A stretch of DNA of 64,000 nt from assembly GCA_943704425.1 (NCBI GenBank), contig CALSCP010001725.1, positions 55,460-119,459 on the forward strand, read 5' to 3'. The translations under genes and the position numbers were made by a program. The notes below the pieces were generated by a model. That model worked only from the letters and a program-made list of their open reading frames with translations, did no database searches and had not been told where the DNA came from. Origin of the DNA: Ministeria vibrans ATCC 50519 (Eukaryota > Protista > Filasterea). Positions 42,150 through 53,653 of the stretch are shown one piece after another. Position 1 is the stretch's first letter, and the number at the start of each line of letters is the position of its first letter.

Positions 42150-44673
42150 ATGCTACAGGAAACGGGACTTGTATCGCGCGAGTCTGATAGTGTACCACGC
42201 GAAACTACGAAAGAGGTGAGACAAAAATGGTGTGAAAAAAAAAAGAAAAAACCTAACCAAACCAAAAAAACGGCACAAACAAACACACTCACGCCTTCCT
42301 GCGGCCCTCCATTGATAGGGAACGCTTGGCAAATGGACCAATTACGTGAATGGGTGGCAGGACCGGTGGTTTATCCTGCAGGGAGGCATTCTGGCGTACT
42401 ACAAGGACCGTTCGCAGATTTCCGCTGGCTGTCGCGGATCTTTCTCGATATCCTCACTCACCATCCAAGGTAGGGCGCCTTTCTTGCCCACGCCTTGTTG
42501 CGCTGATGACACAGCGGTGTCTCCCTGTGTGTGTCGAGCGTCAGTGTCTCACAGACCCTTTTTTTTTTTTGATCGTTTTGTTTTCCTTACTACATTTTTC
42601 TTTTATGACTTTCCAGTCCCAAAAGACGACGAGACTCGCTTTGTGCTTGAGGGCAAAGGCGACGTGATCTACTTGCGGGCGCAGTCCAACCGCCACCGGC
42701 AGGCATGGCTGCAGGCGCTTGCGTCCGCCAAAGCCTGCTACGTCGACAAGCAGCTTCTGCCCTATCCCACCGTGTCCATGTCACCCCCCGAGGGCACTTC
42801 GCCGGTTTCAACGCCACGCCGCAGACATCACCGAAACACCAGCAGCGACTTGTCGGCCGGGGCCGCTGCGGCAGTACCATCGGCAGATGGGGAAGCAGAC
42901 AGAAGAGCTCACCGACCACACCACCACCACCCACGTCGCAACCGCACTCCACCACCCGCTCCCCTCTTTGACGCCTCTGCTCTGCCCACCTCACTTGCAG
43001 AGAAACTTCAAGAGCTTGACATGTGTCGCGATCTCCTTGTCAAGCTGGTGCGCCAAACGGCCCTCGCGGAACAAAGACTGCGTCAGCAACACAAAGAGCA
43101 AGTACAGAACACCTCACCCGAAGCACCGACTGAAGCAGACGGACAGGAGGTAGCGCAGGGCAACGGATGCGAGACGAGCGAGTTTGCACTGCGCGAACTG
43201 CTGACAATGGATGCAGAGGCGAAACTAATTGACGTGACGTGCACTGATTTTATCCGCAATGTGTGCGACTGTGTTGCGCTTGTGCGGTGTAGTGCAAAGG
43301 GAGAAGAAGAGCGCAGCAGTGCCAAAGCGAGTTCTACAACACTCGAGCGAAGCGATTCAGAAGAGCTGTTTTTTGATGCAGAAGGACAGGAAGAGGAAAG
43401 AAAGGTGGAGGAGAAGGAGAGGGAAGAGAGAAGCGAAACGTTCTTTTCGGTCATGGAGTGTCGGTTTGAGGATGTCGTGCGGTGCAGTGGGGACGAGGGC
43501 CCTGAAGGAATTCCTCTAGAGCCCTTTTTGGCGGCATGCGATGCTATCCTCCCGCTCATAGGTATTGCAACTGTGTCCTTTATTTTGTAAACTCTCTTGT
43601 TACTGTTCGTATCTGTTTGCGAGTTTCTGGCACTCATTGTGTCCTTGATGTTGTGCGTGTGTGTGCGTGTGTGTGCGTGTGTGTATGTGTGTGTGAGTGT
43701 GTTTGAGTTTTGTTTTCGATCTTTGCACTGAAATGTCGATTGAGTATTGTTGCATTAGGATTGAAACTTGAACTTTTTTTTGTGTGACTTGGTTTCCACT
43801 GCATCGTTTTCTCTCATTTTCACACAAATTTTGTGTGTCTCTCTCTGATAATCTGTGTGTGCCTACTGTAGATGTGTTAGGGAGTGTTGCATTTGCGCCC
43901 GTTCGAGCGGATATTGCGGGAAACATCAAAGTACGGCACACTGAGTCAGTTTTGTTTTGTGAATGCCTTACTCTCTTTTTTTTTTCTTCTCTCTCTCTTT
44001 CTTTGTGCACCTGTGTATGGTTGATAGAAATTGCGGGCTCACGGGAAGACAATGCGAGCGGAAGAGAGGATAGAGCAGATTACAATTGAAGGACTGATTG
44101 GACGAGAGATCGCGCGAAATGCGACGGAGGAGCGGAACTCGGCAACAGACGCACTTCTTTGGCTGACGCGGTATGACAGGACATACACACATGAAGACTG
44201 AGATTGGGTGGTTTTGGTTACTTAATCGTTTAACTGAGTCTGTTACTAACTTGGTTTTGTCTCTTTGTTTGTGCAGTGCGCTTGAATTCATCAACACGTT
44301 CATCATGTTTATTATCTCAGGGGAGCGCAATCTCGTCCACGCCGCCAGCAAGGCGTATACCATCACTCTTGCCCCCTTCCACAACATGATGGTCCGCGGC
44401 ATTTTTTCCGTACGTACAGCGCGTGTTGTGACTGAGAGAAAGGAGGGAAAAGCAAACAACACAAAGGATAATAACATCACACATACACTCACTTTTACCA
44501 TCCAGTTGGCTGTCCAAGCAGTTCCCACCTGGGACTCCTTCTCCCGTGCTCTCTCTCTCTCGTCCGACTCTGACTCCGCCATGCTGGAAGACGCCGCGCA
44601 CTTTTCCCGTGCCATTGCAGACCACACCAGAGTCATCAGTGCCTTCTATAGAAAGCACTCTCTTCAAACCTAA
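42150..44673 (+). CDS. PLEKHA8: FAPP2-like PH + glycolipid transfer protein (GLTP) domain protein
   Basis: PH domain G.L.KWTNYVNGWQDRWFIL..GIL.YYK...GCRGS, YLRA.....RQAWL.AL..AKA; GLTP domain IP.EPFL.AC, D.LG..AFAPV.ADI.GNIK, SATDALLWL.RAL.F and AY..TL.PFH...VRG.F.LAV.A.P. Confidence 0.88.
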
Positions 44674-44837
44674 TCCTACTCTCACTCCTACTATAATGTC
44701 TGTATTTTAAACAACTGTTTCAAATATTATTTACTTATTCAGAGGAGAGGATTTCACAGGAATGATCAAAATTGTATAAATGACTTCGAAAATGGTACAC
44801 ATATCATGTTTGTATACTTTGTTTACACAAATACGAT

Positions 44838-45569
44838 TCATTTTTGCCGCTTTTCGCGCTCTGCTGTTTCTCTTCGTATCAGCGCACTCAAATCTGCTCC
44901 AGCGCTTTTCTCGAGCGCCCGCAACTGATCCATCGGCATGAGCGTCACCTTCACTGTTCGCTCTTTGGGAAGGCGTGCCGACTTGGACTTGCGTGCGCGC
45001 AGGAGGGGACCCGCACCAGCCCCCGTGCCGCGACTGTGCTCCCGCACACTTGCCGAACCAGCAGGCTCGTGTGTTGACAGCCGTGCTTCCTTGTACGCAG
45101 CGTAGTGGTCGTCATCATCGTATACGTCGTTTGCGCCGGGTCGGTGTTCAAAAGGAGGCGGATGTGCAAAGTGCGACAAGTGCTGCAGAGGCTCCATATT
45201 CTGGTGGCGACGCGAGAGCCGCTTCGTCGCTGCTGTCGTTGCGGAGGAAGAAGACGCCTCGTCCGCCGCAGCAATCGTCACACCCAACGTCATCGAGCTT
45301 GTCTGGGGGTGCTTGGGTGTCTCCGACAGACTCGAACTGCACCGTGAAAATCCGTTGCGTGGCAACGCGTCAGCCGGTCTGTCAAATGGCTCGTCCCAGC
45401 CCCAGCCTATCCTTGTTGGGCGCTGCTCCAAGGCGACTCGACACTCTGTAAAAGGGTCGCTGCTCTCCAGTGCTGTCACGGGCGCCACAGGCTGCCAGAG
45501 AGTCGGCGGAACTGCGTCTGTCTCCACAAGAAGCTGTTCTTGAAGCTCACGGTCCAAAAAGGCATTCAT
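44838..45569 (-). CDS. Hypothetical low-complexity protein (about 243 aa)
   Basis: Long GC-rich ORF between AT-rich flanks, with coding-like composition; no recognisable domain. Confidence 0.5.
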   Translation of the reverse strand: MNAFLDRELQEQLLVETDAVPPTLWQPVAPVTALESSDPFTECRVALEQRPTRIGWGWDEPFDRPADALPRNGFSRCSSSLSETPKHPQTSSMTLGVTIAAADEASSSSATTAATKRLSRRHQNMEPLQHLSHFAHPPPFEHRPGANDVYDDDDHYAAYKEARLSTHEPAGSASVREHSRGTGAGAGPLLRARKSKSARLPKERTVKVTLMPMDQLRALEKSAGADLSALIRRETAEREKRQK

Positions 45570-45799
45570 TGTGATTGTCACTGTTGACTGTTGCAGCGCT
45601 TGTCGTCAATCGACGAACCAAGGACTCGAAGCCTTCGTGCTCTTTCACCTACAATAAAAGAGGGCAAATAAAAAATAAAAATATTATATTAAAAATTTAA
45701 TTATAATACTGATGAGATTGATGAATGAGTGTTGTTGATTTTCTGATCACTTCTCCATTATTATTCGTATCATTCATCCTTTCCTGTTTAAACGTCGTG

Positions 45800-46270
45800 A
45801 TGAACACCACGAGTGAAGCCTCGGAGGCGAACGGTGGGGACACTGCAGACATGTCTACGGCGCGTGCCAACGACGTGGAAGGCATGGACTGTGCTGTGAC
45901 GGCCAACGGCGACGACGACGACGACGCCGCTGCATCGGGCACGTCTGCCCCGGCCACGCCTTCTATCCAGCCTCCTTTGCCGCCGCGTGCCGATGGCGGT
46001 GCGGCAGAGACGCCGCAGGCTGCAGGGACCGTCGCCAATGGCAGTGGCGCCAAACGCAAGGCAACGGCGCCCCGCATGACATCCAAGCAACGCGCACTGC
46101 TCGCCGCGCAGCAGGCCAAGGAGCGCAAGCTGGACGAAGAGCGGCGACGTCGCGCAGCCATCGCGGCCGAGGCGGAGGCCGTGGGCGACAGTGGCACCGA
46201 AGAAGACGCAATTGGCGCAGGCGAAACGGTCGTTGAAGACGATGCCGACGACGAAGAGCCCCTCGTTGCC

Positions 46271-46301
<31 letters not shown>

Positions 46302-47315
46302 CGACTGCCACCACCGCCGACGTCACGCCTGTTACAGAGCCCACGACGCCCACAGCGTTGTCTGCACCCGCAACGCCGTTGTTGGCCAACGATGGCGAGT
46401 CGCCCTTGCCTGTCAATGTCAATGTCAAGCGCAAGCGCGCAAAGAAGAATCCCGTTCCACGTCTTGCCATCGCTATCGACAACGAGCAGGCCATCAAAAC
46501 CATTGCGATGATCCGCAAGTTTGACGAGTACGCCTTCTTCCAGAACCCAGTTTGTACCGACGACGGCGTCAACATGGACGAGTACGCGCGCATCGTGTCC
46601 CATCCAATGTCCTTCCGCAAAATGGCTCACAAGGCCCAGCGCGGCGCTTACAAGACAGTCGATGGCCTCATCACTGACGTACGGCTCATCTGTGCAAACG
46701 CATGTGCCTTCAACGAGGAAGGCTCCAAAGTCTATCGCGTCGCCAAGCGCCTCGAAACGAAAACGGTCAAATTTCTCAGTGCGAAACGGTACAAAATAGA
46801 GAAACGTCACAAAGAGAGTGGGGGGTGTCGAGGTGGCTTAACTGTTTCATCTTTTCATACTTCTCTGTAGCACGCGTATGATTGAAGTGTACCGACGGGC
46901 GAATGCTGACCCTGAAGACGCCTCATCCTCGTCCGACGAAGACGACGAGCCACGCCCCGTGCCCCCTCCGCGACCCAACCCAAACGAGCTGCTGGCCGCC
47001 GGTGTTGTCTGGGCACGACCGGAGCCCACTGTCCCCGCACGCCTTGCCATGCTCTGCTATGAGCCGGCTTCCGGTCTCTTTGCACGCGGTCCCGTCTACT
47101 CCGCGACACCCCTTGCGTCCGACCCTTCCCCCGCCGACCCTACTGCGTCGTCGCCTACTTCTGTGTCACGTGTTGCCGACCTCACACACTACCACGTCTT
47201 GTATTTGGCCCAGTCTACCTTGGACATTACGTAAGCATGTTTTTTCTATCTCTTTCGCTTTCACCTTTTTTTTTTTTGTCAAACGATTATAATGGTGATA
47301 ATAAATAATAAGTTA

Positions 47316-47349
<34 letters not shown>

Positions 47350-50300
47350 TATTATTATTATTATTATTAACATTATTATTAACATTATTATGTATTTTTG
47401 TCCGTTTAGCTATGATTGGGTCCCGCGCGACTGCGTGACACCTTTTGTGAATACGACTGCGCACATTGCTGAGCATTGCGCGGACCCCAGTGCACACGAG
47501 TGGGCTTTGCGCGAGGCAGCCGTCTTGCTCAAGATGCGTCTGACTGACCGTGTGCTCTATCTGGCGCATGGGAAAGCACCGGTGACGGAAGAGACGTCCA
47601 AGGAAGCGCAAAAAGAATTACAGAGGGAGGTGGAGACGGAAAAGGTTATGGAGACGGGAGAGGAAGAAGGAGAGGAGGACGCAGCCAAGAAGTCACGTAG
47701 TGGCGGAGGAGGTTCGCGCAAGGACAATTGGGATCCCGTGTGCTGTGTGTGTGAGGATGAGGGAGACGATGACGAATTGCTACTGATGTGCGAGGGACAG
47801 TGTTTGCGTGTATTCCATGCGCGCTGTCTGGGTCTCGACGATGTCCCGGCCGATGTCTTCCACTGCGACGAGTGTCTGCTTGGCTTGCATCGCTGTCGTG
47901 CCTGTGGAGGCACTGAGGGTGGTCTTGTGCCCTGTGGCGAAGTGCGTGTCTGCGGTGCATTCTATCACGATTACTGTCTCAACCGACAGCCGCTTATGCG
48001 TCGCGAGGGTAAGAAGATGCTTTGCGCGCTGCACACGTGTGTCTCCTGCAAGGCGCCCGTCCGCCAGTCCAACGGCACCAACTGCATGCGCTGCTCTGTC
48101 GCCTATCACCTGCACGAATCATGTATGCCACCGCTTCTTAATGCTCTCTTTGACGAGCACCGCTTTGTCTGTGTCCATCATGGCAGTGCCAAGCGTCTTA
48201 AGGGTGCCACAGCCGACTTTGTCATGTCTAAACGCATCACTGGCTCAGCCAAAGCGACACCTTCGACAACAACATCATCATCAACAACATCATCATCAAC
48301 AACAACAACAACAACAAGTGCGTCTGTCTCTACTGGTGCGTCAGCTGAGAGTGGTGCGACGAAATCGTCAACAAACTCGGCAGATCGGGGCAGAAGGAGA
48401 GGCGCCAAGGGTAAGGGCAAGGCGCAGAACATGAGTTGCAATAAGCTGCGTCACTCGCTCGAGTGTCGCGAGTGCCGCGAGGGCGGTTCGCTTGTGTGCT
48501 GCTCGAGCTGTCCCATCTCGATGCACTTTGAGTGTATGGACGAGTCGGATTGGCTTGCAGACGAGACCGAGCTGCCCGATGAGTGGTTCTGTCCGGACTG
48601 CGTCCAAGGCAAACGACCCGTGTTTGGCGACATTGTGTGGGTCAAGTACGGCACCTACCGCTGGTGGCCCGCACAGATCCGTCACGAGGAAGAGCTGCCA
48701 TCATCGGTGCGCAACGCTAAGCACAATTCCGACGACTTTGCGGTGCGCTTCTACGGCACCGGCGACTACGGCTGGATTGGTTATGGCAACACCATGCCGT
48801 GGAGTGCACGCGAGGAGAAGGTTGCGCAGTCGGGCAAGTCGTCGCAGACACCTTTTGCGCGCAGTGTGAACGAGGCAGTTGCAGCGCAGGTCGAGCGCAA
48901 CAGGGAGCTTACGTCCATGCTTAGCACGACGACACTCAAGCCACCACACTACCGCAAACTCAGGGTCAACTCGTCGTACGTTGTTTATTGTGTGTGTGTG
49001 TCTGATTCACTCTCTGAATGTCCGGAGGGGGGGTTTTTTCTGGTTTTTAAAATGGTAGGGCTGATGGACGAACGTATTTTGACAAGGACGAAGCGCCTGT
49101 GTGTGCCTGTCAAGTGGAAGGTAGCAACGCGTACCATTCTCACAATGGTAAGAATTAATAGTTATTAATAATAAATATATTTTTAGATGGAAAGGGCTGT
49201 GACCCTCTTGCATGCGTCAATGCCGTCACGTTCAACGAGTGCTCTCCTTCAACGTACAACAACTGACACTCATTGAGCAACTTACACTCAAACAACACAC
49301 ACTCACTTTGGTATGGTTTTTTTTTGTCAAGGTGTCCGACTGGCGCACTGTGCGGAAATCAACGCTTTCAAAAGCGACAATACCCCAAGAACAAGCTGAT
49401 TCACACGCGCGACCGCGGGTTTGGCCTGCAGGCGGCCGAGCCCATTGCCACAGACACGTTTGTTCATGAGTATGTGGGCGAGATTATCACACATGCGGAG
49501 AATCAGGCGCGACTCAAGCGCTATGCCAAAGAGGGCGCCAAGAACTACTATCTGCTGACGCTTGACGATGAGTATGTCATTGATGCGGGTACGAAATGCG
49601 CGTCGTTGTCACTGTCTTTACTGACCGTCACTGTTATCTGTCGTCTGTTGTGCAGGTCCTATGGCCAATAGTGCTCGGTTTATCAACCACAGCTGCGCAC
49701 CCAATCTGAAGGCACAAAAGTGGGTTGTGGGAGGTTACACGCGCATTGGGATGTTTGCACTGCGGGACATTGCGGCAGGCGAAGAGCTCACGTTTGACTA
49801 TCAGTTCCAAGCGGTGGGCGAGTCGCAGCGGGAGTGCTGTTGCGGTGCGGCGACGTGTCGTCGGCTGTTGGGCGCCAAGAAGGTGGCGGTGGACAAGACG
49901 AAGAAGAAGGTGAAGCTAACGAAGAAGCGACGGAGGGGCGCTGAGGGGGACGATGAAGGGGAAGCGGGTGAAGCGGAGAGTGGAGGTGGCAGTGTGAAGA
50001 AGCGACGGAGCACTGTCAAGGCGGAAATGGAGCTGGTGTGTCGCGTGTGCGCGAAGGAAGGGGGTGCCCTAGTGCCCTGTGTGCGACCCACCTGTGGAAA
50101 GGTACCTGATTAGGGAAAGTGGAGAATTTGTGTGAGAGACGGATTGATTGTACTCTTGGCGTTTTGTAGGTGTATCATATGAACTGTGTGGGACTTTCAA
50201 GCGATCCAGTGCGTTGGTCGTGTCCGTGGCACTTTTGTGAGGAGTGTAAGGAGCCCATTCGACACGTGGGAGTGCGTCGAGTGTGCCAGGCGTGCCAAAC

Positions 50301-50385
50301 AGGCGTGAAGAAGGAGACCAAGGGGGAGATGGAGGAGAAGGTGGAAACGAATGGTAGTGTGGAGGATGGGAAGATGGAAGAGTGA
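45800..50385 (+). CDS. NSD: NSD-family histone H3K36 methyltransferase (Bromo-PWWP-like-PHDs-PWWP-AWS-SET-postSET-PHD)
   Basis: Bromodomain FF.NPV....Y..IV.HPM.F.....YK....D..LI..NA..FN..GS; tandem PHDs; PWWP GDIVWVKYG.YRWWPA; AWS CGNQRFQK; SET RGFGL, EYVGEII, NSARFINHSC.PN, GEELTFDY; post-SET C.CG...C; terminal PHD/C5HCH. Confidence 0.9.
47310..47390. repeat. (AAT)n/(ATT)n inverted AT-rich tract in NSD intron
   Basis: An AAT run followed by a TTA run. Confidence 0.85.
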
Positions 50386-50801
50386 GGGGGACAGAGCGTG
50401 TGCGTGTGTGTGAAAGAGAAATGAAGGAGAGCAGTGTGTTGTCTGAACGAACGTGTGTGATGATAAAAATCGAGAAAGCTTAAAAATAAGAATGGTTGTA
50501 GAATAATAATTATTATTAGATATTACTCAACGTCAACGACAACAATTAAGCAATAAAAAGAGCAAACTAAACTTCTCGACCAGAATGTCCCAAAAGAAGC
50601 CCATAGACCCATTGATAGGCCCATAAAAAGAATGCATAGCTAAAATTATTAAATTATACAAATTAAGTATTATGACTTTGTATTCATATTTTAAATTTTT
50701 TACACTGATAATAATAATAATTATACACTGTAGCAAAAGTTGCAAGAATGACAAATACAATGACTATTCCTCTCTCTCTCTCTGTTTTTCGTTAGCTTAG
50801 G

Positions 50802-51935
50802 CTAGGGAGACTCGGGATCGGAATCGGATGAAGAAGAGTCTGATCTGAAGGGAGGGGAGGAAAAAACGGGAGGGCCGCGCGAGGGCGAGTCGGCAATGAG
50901 GGAGGCAAGATGGCGTCGGAGGGAGAAAACACCCAGGAGGACGCCGCGCTGGGACTCGCGCTGGACGGGAGTGAGGGCGGCAGGTGAACTGACGTATTGA
51001 GTGCGAGCAAAGTCAATGACGCGTACGTCGACGCGAGAAGGTGCAGTGGGGTTGCCGTCGAAGAGAAGAAGGAGCGACGAGGAGAAGAAACAGAAAGAGG
51101 TTTGCGAGCGAAGGACGTGTTCAAGACGTTTGAGGCGCTGCAAGAGGGCCCCAATGGCCTCTTTACCGCGCGCGATGGGTGACGGCTGATGAGAGCTGCC
51201 AAAGAAGAACTCACTGAGAGCATGATGAAAGCCATCTTGGTCGAGTTTGCGTCCAAAGTACTTGTCCTTGAACACAAAGCGATCTGTCTCGGCGTCGTAT
51301 CGTTGCATGCCACAGATGCGCACACCTAAACGTGCCGACGTTGACATGGCACACTTGGCCAGCATTCGCTTTTCCTTTTCGGCGTTGCTAGGGTCGCAGT
51401 GTTGTCGTGTGCCCAATTTGAGATCAAGGACACACGGTTTGACCATGTCACCTGTGAGATCCTCAAGTGACACATACATGTTTGTGCCGACACTAGCTTT
51501 GCCGTCACGACTGCTTGTACTGCTCTTGTTGTTATCGTCATCGTCGTCCAGCTGTTGTTGTTCTTGGTGTTGTTGTTGTTGTTGTTCACGTGTATCTTGG
51601 TCGTCGAGCTTGCGAAGGTGTTTCGCGATGCATTTTTCCATCCATGGCTGTGTTGCGGTTGGTGCGTCGTCGTTGGACGATACGTCCTGGTCACTGTATT
51701 GCGCAGCACTCGACTGCCCATCGTTGCTCTTGCGGTAGGCGACGGCGCGTTGGAGCCCTTCGCGCACCTGCGCCCGCTTGAGCTGGAACACTTCGCGAAA
51801 CGCCGGCACAAACTCGCGCAGCTCAGCGTGTTCGGGACGCTTGAGCCGCTCGTAGAAGTCCAGCTCCGTCGGCACCAACGGCTTGCACACGTTCTTGCTG
51901 TCGGCTATTCGCAATACACTGTCGTGCCCTCCGAC
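50802..51935 (-). CDS. IP6K: Inositol hexakisphosphate kinase (IP6K/KCS1-type IPK); 5' exon unresolved
   Basis: VGGH, VCKPL...EL.FYE, LEDLT, PCVLDLKLGTRQH (PxxxDxKxG), TS..LGVRICGMQ, KYFGR, SSSLLL.FDG and IDFA. Confidence 0.88.
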   Translation of the reverse strand, partial: VGGHDSVLRIADSKNVCKPLVPTELDFYERLKRPEHAELREFVPAFREVFQLKRAQVREGLQRAVAYRKSNDGQSSAAQYSDQDVSSNDDAPTATQPWMEKCIAKHLRKLDDQDTREQQQQQHQEQQQLDDDDDNNKSSTSSRDGKASVGTNMYVSLEDLTGDMVKPCVLDLKLGTRQHCDPSNAEKEKRMLAKCAMSTSARLGVRICGMQRYDAETDRFVFKDKYFGRKLDQDGFHHALSEFFFGSSHQPSPIARGKEAIGALLQRLKRLEHVLRSQTSFCFFSSSLLLLFDGNPTAPSRVDVRVIDFARTQYVSSPAALTPVQRESQRGVLLGVFSLRRHLASLIADSPSRGPPVFSSPPFRSDSSSSDSDPESP

Positions 51936-52474
51936 CTAAACGCGACAAAACAAGAGGAGAGAGAGAGAGTTTTGAGTATTTTTGAAAAAAAGAGAAACGT
52001 TGACACTACGAAAATAAGAGACTATGTCGTGAGTGAAACACTTCATAGACTAACATCGTAGTCTCGTGTGTACACGCTGGCATGTGTGGCGTAGCGCATT
52101 TCGACCGATTACGCTGCTTGTTGAGCAATGACACTGAGACTATTTTTTGTAGGGGTAACGGCATTTGGAAAAGGAGACAAACTGAGGCACTGGCGGGTGC
52201 AGCGTCAGCGGGGACGGAGAAAAGGGAATGCGAGCAGAGGACTGGCGGCGAGCCGGGGCGGCGGGCTGTGCTCCCACAAGCGCAAAAGTCGGTTTTAAAA
52301 AATATTTTTAGTCTTTTTTTTTTTTTTTTTTTTTTTTTTCTCTTTTTCTCATTCTCTCTCTTTACTCACATTACGACGATTGATTTTATCTGTCCATCCG
52401 CCGCTTTACGCTTCAACTTCTGTGCCCGGCGAGACACCCCCACACCATGCTCACCCGTCTATCTCGTCCGCTAG

Positions 52475-53408
52475 GAAAAAGCTCAAGGGCGATTTGACAC
52501 AGGACGAATTGAAGGAACGCGAACGTCTCGAGTTTGAAAATGGTCCTCTCTCGGTCCTCAGCCAGAGCGTGCGACACCAGACGCAGGTGAGATGGCTGCT
52601 CTAGTCACTGTGTGTCTCTGTCCACGCGTCTCCTGCCCGCCCCGTCGCCGCACAACCCACTCTGATCGCTCTTTCTCGTTTTTTTGTCGTGTCCTCTGTG
52701 TTAGGTGCTCATCAGCTGCCGGAACAACCGCAAGCTGCTGGCCACCGTCAAGGCCTTTGATCGGCATTTCAACATGGTGCTGGAGAACGCCAAGGAGATC
52801 TGGACCGAGACTCCGGGCAAGGGCAAGAAGCCCATCAACAAGGACCGTTTCATTCCCAAAATGTTTGTGCGCGGCGACTCGGTCATCATTGGTATGTCGC
52901 CTCTTTCTTGCTGTGCAGTCCCGCCCTGCTCTCTATCACTTTGTTCTCTCTCTATCACTTTGTCTCTCTCTTTATCACTTTGTTCCTCTCTCTGTATCAC
53001 TTTGTCTCTCTCTTTATCACTTTGTTCTCTCTCTATCACTTTGTCTCTCTCTTTATCACTTTTTTTCTCTCTCTATCACTTTGTCTCTCTCTTTATCACT
53101 TTTTTTCTCTCTCTATCACTTTGTCTCTCTCTTTATCACTTGTTCTCTCTCTATCACTTTGTCTCTCTCTTTATCACTTTGTTTCTCTCTCTATCACTTT
53201 GTCTCTCTCTTTATCACTTTTTTTTCTCTCTCTATCACTTTGTTTCTTTCTCCTTCCTCTCTCTGTCACTTTGTTTCTCTCTCTTTTCTTTCTCTCTCTC
53301 TTTCTTTCTTTCTCTCTCTCTCTTGTATTTTAATACGTCTCGTCTTTTGTCGCTTACAACCCTGATCTCTGCGTAGTTCTCAAGAACCCTGGCGGTGCAC
53401 CCGAGTAG
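52475..53408 (+). CDS. SNRPD2: Small nuclear ribonucleoprotein Sm D2; start exon unresolved
   Basis: EF.NGPLSVL.QSV...[32 protein letters not shown]...[23 protein letters not shown]. Confidence 0.95.
52930..53320. repeat. Degenerate ~20-22 bp tandem array (CTCTCTCTATCACTTTGT) in SmD2 intron
   Basis: More than 15 consecutive TATCACTT-containing units. Confidence 0.9.
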
Positions 53409-53653
53409 TCTATGAAAGCCCATATTGTATAAATAAACTGAGAAGACTTTCCAATATTGCATTTTTGTGTCTTATTGATGACAATGCGCGAAATCAGAAA
53501 TTCAAGTTGTTTGTTTGGACTTTGGAGTCTCCGAGCCAGAGTGAGTGCCATACAAATACAAGCCTTCTCAAATTATTAGTCAACATAATGGAATTGATTA
53601 TTAAACTTAAAAACTAATCATTTTCTTGAGTATTAACTATTTTTTTTACCTGA

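Noticed and set aside
45697-46810. Long antisense ORFs opposite NSD (likewise opposite WDR78, the Greatwall kinase and the receptor kinase)
   Set aside because: Shadow ORFs expected from GC-rich coding sequence; no domain motifs.
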